Shown piece after piece: positions 53,014 through 64,000 of a stretch of DNA of 64,000 nucleotides. The stretch spans positions 12,896,001 to 12,960,000 of the forward strand of contig OZ316775.1 in assembly GCA_973851085.1 (NCBI GenBank). The letters are read 5' to 3'. The stretch's first letter is position 1. The number at the start of each line of letters is the position of its first letter. Under the pieces are notes generated by a model. The model did no database searches. It was not told the DNA's origin and saw only the letters and a program-made list of their open reading frames with translations. The translations under genes were made by a program, and so were the position numbers. Source of the DNA: Ptychomitrium polyphyllum (Eukaryota).

Positions 53014-53873
53014 TGTTATGGACATAAATCATGCAACAAAGTCCTTAGAACATTCTAGAACCTTCTAGAATACTATAATAGTTTCTTAGAAGACTTTTAA
53101 ATGTCTCCATAGTCATTCCATATTCTTAAAAAGCTTCCTAGGAAAGTTCCTCGACCTTAAGAAACTCTTTAGGAAGGTTCTATCATCTTAGATAACTTCC
53201 TTGCAAAACTTCCTACAAAGATAACATCACCTAAAAAAACTTCCTAAGAAGGATCTACTTCTTTAGGAAACTTCCTAAGAAGATTCCCCTACCTTAGGAA
53301 ACTTCCAAGGAAGATTCCAACTCCTTAGAAGACTCTTAGGAAGGTTCTAATATCTTGGAAAACCTCTTGGGAAGGTTTCCTAGACTTCCAGAACATTCTT
53401 AAGCCTTATAGGAAGCTTCTTTAGAAGTATCCTAGGAGATACAAACGTCATAGTATAAATAAGAGGCAAGACAAGGTATTCCTTAGTCTTGCCAACACAA
53501 GTTGTGGATCATCTTGAATCTTGCCTTGTTCTAGTCTTTGTATCAAATTCTTGTTAATCATTAGCTCTTTGGAAGCTAATTCTTAGGAAGCACTTCGTTT
53601 TTGCTTCTTGTTTCTTGTGTCCCTAACAGTTTGGCAAGACTACTTTTCATCTTTGTTAGAGCTAAGGTTCTTTGAAGAAGATTGTGCATTATTCATCTTC
53701 TTGAGAATTCCATAGCATCTTAGAGGTTGCGGATTATCCTCCTCTAAGCTGGCACCATAGAGTTGGTTTCTCCTTCTAGAACTAAGTGTTACTTCTTTCA
53801 AAGGACGTGGATTTTCCTCCTTTGAAGGTACTCATAGTCTTTCTGTCTTTGAGAGTCTTAAGAACTGAATAAC

Positions 53874-54884
53874 ATGCCTGGAACATCAGATAATAGGTTT
53901 GCAACTATTGCAGACCTTCAAGAGTTATTAAACACAGTTCCAACGGAACTCGCCCGTTTTAATACCACCAACAATTTGAAGCACCACACTCGGCAAGCTG
54001 AAGAATCCAATGGTGATATTCAAAGCCTATACCAAGAGGTTGTTTGATTGCAAGAGGCCAATATTAAAAAGAAAGGCTTACATCGAACCCATACAGAGCC
54101 AAAGATTAGCATGCCAGACAAGTTTGATGAATTAAGATCAAAATTGAGAGGCTTTGTTCAACAAGTAAGGCTCTTCCTTAGTTTGCGTCAATCTCGCTAT
54201 TCTGATGGCACAACTCAAGTGGGATTTGTGGCCACTCTTTTATCAAACAATGTACTATTGTGGTTTGCACCACTAATGGAGAAACAATCACCATTATTAA
54301 ACAACTTAGATGCTTTTATAGAAGCATTGACATCCACTTTTGGAGACACCGACCGAGAGAAGGTGGCTGAGACAAGGATTCAGAGTTTCCAACAAGGACA
54401 ATGCTCAGCTACTACATATGCTGCAGAGTTTTGACAATTAGCTTGCGACCTTGATTGGAATGATAAAGCCTTGGTCACACAATTCCGATGGGACTTAAGA
54501 GAGAATGTAAAGGACTTGCTACTCACAAAGCCAAGAGTTGAAACATCGGACGAATTCATCATTCAAGCAATAGCATGTGATAATAGGCTATTTGAGAGGC
54601 GCCAAGAACAATGCTTGGGATGGCGACCAGTACATCAAAGCATGGCTACCACTTCTTCAAGAATATTGGAAAGTCAACCACAAGGACCAAAACCTATGCA
54701 AATTGATGCTGCCCAGTTCAGACGTTTGACTCCAGAAGAAAAAGAAAGGCGTCAAAGAGAAAACCTATGTTTGTATTGTGGCAAGTCTGGACATAAAGTG
54801 CACAATTGCCAAATCAAAGGATCTGCCTGTAAGGCTCAAAGTACAATGGTGGAGTTGGAAAACGAGGCTCTCCAGTCACAGTAG
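53874..54884 (+). pseudogene. gag: Retrotransposon gag with two premature TGA stops, ending after the CCHC knuckle
   Basis: ORFs 54048-54434 and 54471-54884 share a frame with ATG 53874; motifs PKISMPDKFD, PMQID, CLYCGKSGHKVHNC. Confidence 0.9.
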
Positions 54885-57800
54885 GAACCATGCAACTAGA
54901 CACCACAAGGAATCCACCATCAAATCAACGTCTCTTACTACCTTCAAGCCCCACTTCTTGTTTTACATTTCTTATCAATATTAAGTTGTTAGATGATGAA
55001 ATAATTAATGAGGCTCTCTTAGACACTGGTGCAATGGCATGTTTCATCAATAAGGATTTTGCAACCAAACATCACATGGTGCTTGTGAACAAAAAATACC
55101 CAACACCTATTGGAGTTGTTGATGGACGATCTAATGCATCTGGCAACGTTATTGAAGAAACTCAACTCTTAGAGCTTGTTTTAGTAAACCAAGCATCTAA
55201 GATTGTCTTCAACATCATTCAATGCCGAACAAATCCTATTGTTTTGGACCTTCCTTGGTTTCAATTACATAATCCAGACATTGACTGGCGCTCACAGAGT
55301 GTGATCTTAAGGAAAAGACGCCAAGGTACGAGAAATCTTAAACCATCATTTATTGGAGCTAAGGCATTCATGAGAGCGACAAAGGATGAATCAATCTATG
55401 CCACACCAATGTCTAGCTCTATAATAGAGACTAATCAAAAAATACCTTGCCAATATCAAGATTTTAAAGACGTTTTTGAGAAGAAGAATGCGGACATGTT
55501 ACCAAAGCACCAACCTTACAATTATACCATTGAGCTGCAAGAAGGAGCCCAACCACCTTTTGGACCTATTTATAACTTATCACAAACTGAGTTGGCTGCC
55601 TTGAGAGAATATATTGATGAAAACCTTGGAAAGGGTTTTATTCAACACTCTAAATCACCTGCTGGAGCACCCATTCTGTTTGTAAAGAAGAAAGATGGAT
55701 CATTACGTATGTGCGTGGACTATCGAGGCCTCAATAAAGTAACAAAAAAGAATCGCTATCCATTACCATTAATCTCAGGACTCCTACAACAACTTGGCCA
55801 AGCAAAGATATTTACCAAAATCGATCTTAAAGGAGCCTATAATCTTGTACGCATCAAAGAAGGAGACGAATGGAAGACAGCTTTTTGATCTAGGTATGGT
55901 CATTTTGAATACAATGTCATGCCTTTTGGCCTTACTAATGCTCCCGCAGTCTTTCAATATATGATGAATGATATCTTCCATGAACATCTGGATGATTTTG
56001 TAATCATCTATTTAGATGCCATTTTGATATTCAAAGAATGAACAAGACCACGAATGTCATGTACGACTGGTCTTAGAAAAATTACGCCAGCGAGGATTAT
56101 ATGCCAAATTGGAGAAGTGCCTTTTCCATAAATCCTCGGTTGAACTTTTAGGCTATATCATTTCCAAAGGAGGAATCCATATGGATAAGAAAAAAATAAG
56201 CACTGTTATGGAGTGGAGTACGCCAAGATCAATTCGAGATATTCAATGCTTCTTGGGATTTGCAAACTTCTACAAAATATTCATCAAGAATTATTCCAAG
56301 ATTACGGCACCGTTGACACGTCTTACAGGGAAGCAAAAATTCATTTGGGATGAAAAGGCGGAAAAAGCATTTCAAAGTCTTAAGAAGTCATTCACGTCGG
56401 CTCCAATCCTTATTCATCCAAATCCATCAAAGCCTTTTTATTTGGAAGCGGATGCCTCAGATTTTGCGCTTGGCTTAGTACTCTCACAATATGATGAAGA
56501 CGGAGACTTCACCCTCTTACCTTTTGTTCAAGGAAGGTCTCAGCGGCAGAGATCAACTATGATATACATGATAAAGAACTACTTGCAACTGTGGATGCAT
56601 TTGAAAAACGGCGACACTTATTGGAAAGGAGCTCAACATACCATCACGATATATACAGACCACAAGAACTTGGACTATTTCATGAGTGCGCGCGTTTTAA
56701 ATCGCCGTCAAGCAAGGTGGAATATGTCGCTTTCCATATTTGACTTTGTCATTACCTATCGATCTAGTAGCTTGCAAGGTAAACCAGATGCCTTATCTCG
56801 AAGATCTTATTTAGCTCCTCAACTTGGAGATGATGTTTTGAATCAACAAAGGACTATTTTATTGAAGCCTGAGAATCTTCAATTAAAAGCAGCCATTATT
56901 ACAACAACATCCCATTTTGACAAAATTCGGAAGGCTTTGAAGAATGACGTCTTCGTTTCAGCTATAAAAAAGCGCCTCAAAGACAATGGAAATCCTTCAA
57001 ATAGCGATGAGGACTTTGAATTCCAAGAGGGCCTACTTTACTATAAAAGAGTTTTGTACCTACTTCCAAGTCCTATGCAATTGAAGATCCTTCAAGCACA
57101 TTATGATTTTCCAACAATAGGGCATTTTAGATTCGATAAAACAATGGACTTGATTGCTAGAGACTATTGGTGGTCATAAATGTGGAAGTACGTAAAGGAC
57201 TTTGTTTGATCATGCAACACTTGTGCAAGAGCCAAGGTACCAAGGCACCAACCTCATGGTCTCCTCCATCCGCTTCCAGTGCCAAAGGACCCATGGTTGT
57301 CTTTATCAATGGATTTTATCACGGACCTTCCAAATTCCAAATCTAAGGATTCTATTTTAGTAGTGGTAGATCGATTTACCAAAATGACACATTTCATTCC
57401 ATGCAACAAGACGGTAACGGGAGAAGAAACTGCCAAGTTGTTCCTAAATCACGTCTACCGCATACATGGACTACCAGATGATATTGTATCCGATCGAGGG
57501 CCGTAGTTCATTTCCAACTTTTGGAGGGCTCTATTCCAGCTATTGCGTGTGAAAATCAATCTTTCTTCAGCACACCATCCGCAAACTGATGGCCAAACCG
57601 AACGTGTAAATCAAATTTTGGAACAGTACCTTTCTTGTAACATAAATTACCAGCAAGACAACTGGATGGACCTCTTGCCTTTGGCAGAATTTGCTTTCAA
57701 TAATACGGTGCATTCTTCAACAAGTCAAAGTCCATTCTTTGCAAACTATGGGCATCATCCTCAAACATATCCATTTCAAGTGAAGCATGTTCGAAGTCCT

Positions 57801-58357
57801 GCAACAGAGGATTTTGCAATTCAACTTGCTAAAATCCATCAAGGAATTACCTTCTAGTTGCAACAAGCTCAAGATCGTTACAAAACTTATGCAAATCGCC
57901 ATCGAAAGGACCATCCAAAGTTCAAGGTTGGAGATAACGTATGGCTCCTACGACGAAATATACAGACAAAAAGACCATCAAAGAAGTTCGATTATTAAAG
58001 GCTGGGACCGTTTGAAATCAGCAAACAGATAAATCCGGTTAGTTATCGCACAAAGCTACCACCAAGCATGCAAATTCATCCAGTATTCCACGTATCCTTG
58101 TTGGAAACCATAACAAATCATGTATACCAGAGAAAATTGTCCCTCTGCCTCCTCCGCTAGAAATCAATAATGAAATTGAATATGAAGTGGAAGAAATCCT
58201 AGATTCACGCATCAAGAACAGACGTGTGGAGTACCTAATACATTGGCAAGGATATGGCACCAATGACCAAACATGAGAACCTTCAACAAATGTAACAAAT
58301 GCATCCGAGAAGGTACACGAATTTCATCAAAGATATCCTCAGAAATCAGGTCAGTGA
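54864..58357 (+). pseudogene. pol: Retrotransposon pol (PR, RT, RNaseH, integrase, chromodomain), disrupted
   Basis: [75 protein letters not shown]. Confidence 0.93.
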
Positions 58358-58497
58358 TGATGTGTCATCAGTAGCCATTAGCTTCACAGAGAAATTTTTC
58401 CTTCATAGACAAGTATAAGAAGGGAGGAGAGATATCCAAACCTCCAATTGTATGCAGCATTATTTCCAAAATAGATCATTTCCAGATCCTAGCCGGT

Positions 58498-58956
58498 ATG
58501 TCAAATCTTCGTGTTATCATGGACATGCGTGAAGAACAGTCGGCCATGCCTTCATCAACAACAGCATCTGTTGAGCCAACTCAACTTTCTCAGCCCTCGG
58601 TAACGGAGGATCTAAGTCAAGATATGGGAGGGGCATTCTAACGTCGAGTACGACCTCGTGCAGAAGTATTGGCTAGTTGCCCTTCACATTTTAGTAATGA
58701 TTCAGATGCTTGTGCTCTAGTCATCTTGTTAGAAATTGGAAGAGTCACTCCTGGAGGATCCGAAATCTTGTTTGGAGGATGTTTTGAAGGACTTAATCAA
58801 GATTAGATCCTGGAATGGGACATTTCAACAATAGAAGTTTTGGCTGGTGGCCATCTGCGCTTTTTGCAAGGACCAGTTGAACCAGTGAACAAAGAACAAC
58901 GAGCAGAGTATGTTGCTTCACTCCTTCGACAAATTTTGGAATTTGTAGAAATGTGA
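58498..58956 (+). pseudogene. Putative extra ORF3 (152 aa, unknown function) between pol and PPT; two premature stops in this copy
   Basis: ATG and terminal TGA are shared by three family-1 copies; both internal stops are CAA in the other two copies; protein-level homolog in family 2 at 60652-60885. Confidence 0.7.
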
Positions 58957-59625
58957 CAAGCAAGCCAAGAACAGAGCTCCTCATGGGACTGGTTGCTAAA
59001 TGGAGAGATGATGTCACGGACATAGATTATGCAATATAGTGCTTAGAATATTCTAGAACCTTCTAGTATACTATAATAGCCTTTTAGAATACTTTTAGAT
59101 GTCTCCATAGTCTTTCCATATTCTTAGGAAGCTTCCTAGGAAAGTTCCTCCACCTTAAAATACTTTTTCGGAAGGTTCTATCATGTTAGGAAACTTCCAA
59201 GGAAACTTCCTACTAAAGTTCCATCACCTCAAGAAACTTCCTAGGAAGGATCTACCTTTTTAGAGAACTTCCTAAGAAGGTTTTGCTACTTTAGCAAATT
59301 TCCAAGGAAGGTTCTAATTCTTTGGAAGACTCTTAGGAAGGTTACATCATTTTAGGAAATTTCTTGGGAAGGTTCCTTAGACTTCCAAAACATTCTTATG
59401 CCTTGTAGGAAGCTTATATAGAAGTATCATAGGTGATACAAACGTTATAGTATATATAGGAGGCAAGACAAGGTATTTCTTAGTCTTGCCAATACAAGTT
59501 GTGAATCATCTTGAATCTTGCCTTGTTCTAGTCTCCGTATCAAGTTCTTGTTAATTATTAGCTCTTTGGAAGCTAATTCGTGGAAAACACTTTGTTTCTA
59601 TTTCTTGTTTCTTAGGTCCTTAACA

Positions 59626-61256
59626 GCACCAACTACCAACATGTTGATTAGACTTTCGACTTTATTATGGCTAAGTTGACCCTGTAACAACATTGCTCAC
59701 GCTTTCCAACAAATGCCATGCTATTTTAACTGTGGACATCATTTGAAGATGAATATGATTTAGCCTTGATGATTCAAAAATCCAGGAGCAGAGAACTTTG
59801 CTATAAGAATAGCAAAGCTTCAAACAACCATGAAGAGTCAACTAGAAGAAGCTTGGGAACGATATAAAGCGGCAACAAATGCAACAAGGAAGAAATAACG
59901 TTCATTTCAAATTGGTGAGAAGAAGTGGTTCCTTTTATGCAGTATAAAGACCAATAGGCCATGTGACAAGCTGGGTTGTTTTAGATTGAGACCATTTGCA
60001 ATCAAAAAAAAACTCAACCACATGGCATTTTATTTAGAACTATCAACATTAATGAAAGTACATCTTCTTGTCCACGTTTCACTTTTTGAAACTTAAAAGG
60101 AATCAAGTAGCCCTGGATAAAGGAAGTTGCCACCACCTGTGGTCAAAATTGACAATTATCATGAATTTGAAGTATAAAAAGTGCTATACTCACAGACAAG
60201 ATGTAAAAAGCTTGAATATTTGGTACGTTGGTACAGATATGACATTAGTAAATGTATATGGAACCCAACTAACAATCTTGGTAATTTATTAGTAAATTTT
60301 CATAAGTTCCATTGACAACATTCATCTAAACCAAAAGTAGTAGTAGATGGAATAGTGATTTGGTAAGATTGTGTAACCTTGAAAGCCCTTGATGCTTGGA
60401 CTTTAAAGAAGAAATGAAAGCAATTGCTAGATTTCAAGTTTTCAAAGCTCCAGACATTATTTAGAAATTAGTTGTTTGTATTTTGAAGTTTGTCATAGTT
60501 TTTTGAGACTAACTCAATATATTAGATATAGACAGTCAAGATGCAGATACTATGCCAGTAGTGTCAATCCAACCATTTTAGTTCTTGTTGACCACCTTGT
60601 GATGAAGAATAGATTGGACCAAGAAGACGTTGGAGGATACCCAGCAATAGATTGTTGGTGATTGCCTTTGAAGTGGAGCTAGCTTATGAAGGTTATTCAA
60701 AAGTTGTGTTTGAAAGACTCTTTTACAACAAAGATACAGAAATTCATGCTTGATTCCAAATAGAAGGCATTGGACATTATTGGTAGATACAAGGACTCAT
60801 GAACTATTTGAATTGAGAAAGGCAGTTAGAGTATGTTGCAAATATCATGCAACAAATTTTTAACATTTACAAATTTTGGCACTAGTAGCAATATTCTCTT
60901 TGAAGACCACAAAGTTAGAAAGGGAGGTGATGTCATGGATATACATATGTTAGAAGGTTGAAGAAGCTTCCAAGGAAGATACCTTGGCTTAAGAAGCAAT
61001 TCAAGAGTGCTTGAGTATAAAGGATGTAGTAGAAGCTTTTCAAGGAGCTTCCAAGGCTTGTAGTTCTAGTATATATAAGAGTTGAAATTGAAGGAATATC
61101 TAGTCTCAACAACGCAGCTCTTGTGGTCTAGAAAAAACCTTCTGGCCTTGTCTTTATACCTTGTTATAGCTCTTTACTTCTAATATACTTTGGACATTCC
61201 TTGTTTTACATCTTGGAATCGTAAAGCCTTGTTTTGTACTTATTCTGTCCGTGTCT
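59626..61256 (+). mobile_element. 3' part of a family-2 element (integrase end, chromodomain, ORF3 homolog, PPT 60917-60930, 3' LTR 60931-61256)
   Basis: Homologous to ~52383-53013; purine tract followed by TGTCA LTR start; continues the integrase broken at 1031. Confidence 0.85.
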
Positions 61257-63168
61257 CCGACAAGACAATTAATGGGCTTCTTATTTTTGGCAAAATTTGC
61301 TTACAATAATTCAATGGATTTTTCAACAGTTCAATTCAGTCCAACAATTCAAAGTTTATTCTTTGCAAACTATGGTCATTGTCTTTCAGCATATCCATTT
61401 CAAGCAAATCATGTTGAAAGTCCTACAACAAAGAATTTTGCAATTCAATCTGCTGAAATCCACCAAAAACTTATTTTTTAGTTACAACAAGCTAAAGATT
61501 GATAAGAAAACCTATGCAGATTATTATTAGGACCATTCAAAGTTCAAAGTTGAAAATAGCATATGGCTTCTACAACAAAACATACAAATAAAATGACTGT
61601 CCAAAAAGCTAGACTATTAAACGCTGGGACGGTTTGAAATCAGTAAACAAATGAATTCTGTCGGTAATTGCCTCAAACTCCTACCAATCATGCAAATTCA
61701 TCTAATGTTCCATGTATCTTTATTGGAAAATCTACAACAAGTCATGTTTATTAAAGAAGGTTGTTCCTCAACTTCCTCTTGTAAAAATCAATAATGAAAT
61801 GGAATATGAAGTTAAAGAGATCTTGGATTTATGCATCAAAAATTGATGAGTGGAGTATTTTATACATTGGCAAAAATATGACATCAATGACCAAATATGG
61901 GAACCTTCGATGAATGTATCAAATGCATATAACAAGATAAGCAAATTTCATCAAAGATATCCTCAGAAACCAAATTAGTGATGATGTATTTATTAGTAGC
62001 TGTTAGCTTCATGGAAAAGTTTTTTTATAGAAAAGTATAAGAAAAAGAGAGATATATCCAAACTTCCAATTGTATGCAGCATTGTTTCCAAAATAGATCA
62101 CTTCTAGATCCTAGCTAGTATGTCAAATCTTCATGTTATTATAAATATACTTAAAGAGCCATCGGCCGTGCTTTCTCCAACAGCAACACTTATTGAATCA
62201 ATTTAACTTTTTCAGCCTTCAATTACAAAGGATCTAAGCCAAGATATGAGAGGGACATTCCAACGTCAAGTGTAACCTCGTACAATAGTATTGACTAGTT
62301 GTTCTTTTCATTCTAGTCTTGATTTAGAGGCTTGCGTTCTTGTCATCTTGTAAAAAATTAGAAGAGTCACTCCTAGAGGACCCGTGATCCTATTTGGAGG
62401 ATGTTTTGGAAGCCCTAATTAAGATCAAATCTTAGGTTATGACATTTCAACAACAAAAGTCTTTGTAGGTGGTTGTTGACGCTTCTTGTATAGACCAGTT
62501 GATGACGCTTCTTGCATAGTTCAGTTGAATTAGTGGGCAAAGAACGACCAGCTAAATATGCTGCTTTTCATTTGTGACAAATTTTGGAATTTGTAGAGAT
62601 TTGACAAGCAAGCCAAATGAAAAGCACTTTCTAGAATTTGTCGGTAAAGGGGGTAATGATGTTACGGACATAGATTATGCAACATAATCATTAAAACCTT
62701 TTAAGTTCTTTGGATATGCTATAGTATCTTCTTAGAATACTTTCAATGTCTTCATAACCGTTTCTATTGCCTTGGAAAATTTCCTAACAAAATTCTACCA
62801 CCTCAAAAAACTTATTGAAAAGGTTCCACCACTTTAGGAAATTTCCAAGGAATGTACCAATTCCTTGGAAGCTTCTCAAGAAAGCTCCACCATCTTGGAA
62901 AACTTCTTGAGAAGATTCCATAGGCTTCTAGAACATTCTTAAACCTTGTAAGAAGCTTTCCAAGAAGTATTCTGGAAGATACAAGTGTCATAGTATAAAT
63001 AGGAGGCAAAACAAGGTATACTTTAATCTTGCCAATACAAAGTGTGGATCATATTATATATAGCGTTTTTCTAGTCTTTGTATTTGTTTTTGTTAATCAT
63101 TAGCTCTTTACAAGCTAATTCTTGGGAAAACACTTTGTTCTTTATTCTTGTTTCTTGTGTCCTTAACA
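61257..63168 (+). mobile_element. 3' part of a family-1 element (integrase end, chromodomain, ORF3 at 62120, PPT, 3' LTR 62660-63168)
   Basis: Homologous to ~57650-59625; begins exactly where the element at 8188 breaks off. Confidence 0.9.
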
Positions 63169-63742
63169 TACGTGAACAAATTAGGAAATCAAAGGACCAT
63201 AATTGGCAAGATGATTCATATTAATTGACAAAATATTTGTTATCTACATTCTATTTCATTGGCTCTTGCCAAAATTTTCAATCGCAATTTACCTTTGTTT
63301 AAGAATAATTACCAATCCACCCAGGAAACTTTTTTATCCATGCTCTTATTAACTTTTTGTGTGAAACCCTCTTCCAGAAGCACCTTTTTATATTAAAGAG
63401 ATGGCTCTGCCTCTCTTATGTCTACTTTAATCTGAGCTGCCCACTAAGTTACTTCTTTCTATAATGCCTGGAGGACTTTTGTTTCTCTTTGCAAACACAA
63501 GAAAACTGAGTTGAGCTTTTCAATGTGATGGTTCCAATCAAGCAACTTCAAATATTCCATACAGTACAAGGCCTTGAGTGATACAACTTTCCTCGCACTG
63601 GAAAAAATTATGATGTTGTGGGATAGTTTAGTTTGGTACTACTGTAGGGAGTTCTTGTTTCTCAAATAGAAAATTTTGTTAGATCCCCCAAAAGCAATTT
63701 TTTTTGATAAATACAATAAATATGAAACAGCCCCAGAGCACA

Positions 63743-64000
63743 CTAGGCATATGGCAGGGTGGCAACCCTGCCAGCAAATGTTAAATGTTTGTATAGATAT
63801 AAAATAAAATATGGCCTAGAATATTTCAAGTTATTTTAGTTTCTTGTTTTCATGATTTTCCCAAAAAATTGTTAAATTTTTGTCCTATTTTGGTTTTAGT
63901 TTTTTTGATTGGTTTTCTTTCTTCTTTAGCCATGCTGTGTATTTCTGGCTAGAATAAGCACAATTTAAATATAGGATGCTACAATTTGTAACACAGGGAA
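63743..64000 (-). mobile_element. Possible Helitron 3' end
   Basis: 9-bp-stem GC hairpin at 63752-63773, followed on the minus strand by CTAG|T; AT-rich interior. Confidence 0.3.

Larger units (their letters stand above)
53014..59625 (+). mobile_element. Near-complete family-1 Ty3/gypsy chromovirus (LTRs 53014-53628 and 59012-59625; PBS 53631-53642; PPT ~58998-59011)
   Basis: Both LTRs TG...CA; gag-PR-RT-RH-IN-chromodomain order; scattered stops and frameshifts; flanks CCAGC/GCACC do not match. Confidence 0.96.

Noticed and set aside
58357..58374. TGATG stop-start at the end of pol as the ORF3 start
   Set aside because: A TAG follows at codon 6 in all three copies, and frames differ between copies upstream of 58498.
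58793..59023. Antisense ORF running from the 3' LTR
   Set aside because: Not preserved among copies and best explained as the shadow of the sense ORF3, which has cross-family protein conservation.

Overview
Eukaryotic, AT-rich plant DNA. Intron style, gene content and Tcn1-like chromovirus nests point to the moss Physcomitrium (Physcomitrella) patens or a close relative; this is inference. Layout: (i) 1-12.7 kb, a minus-strand nest of decayed Ty3/gypsy chromoviruses; (ii) about 13-33 kb, a gene island with an intact fasciclin-like arabinogalactan gene (21610-22392, -), a 5-exon NEDD8/RUB-conjugating enzyme gene UBC12/RCE1 (29740-31605, -) and heavily eroded gene relics (annexin, PPR, possibly URB1/NPA1); (iii) 33.6-63.2 kb, a second nest with several solo LTRs and one near-complete chromovirus (53014-59625). 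Main observations: (1) a cryptic 152-aa third ORF between pol and the PPT, conserved at protein level across two diverged retrotransposon families; (2) swapped TSDs and matching split elements indicating a ~52-kb inversion between two inverted elements; (3) three 0.8-1.35 kb identical tracts between otherwise decayed TE copies (ectopic gene conversion or assembly artefact); (4) tRNA-independent self-priming PBS with covariation, and a -1 frameshift signal; (5) a templated-insertion DSB repair scar. All alignments were done by eye. Family names are from recall, not database searches.
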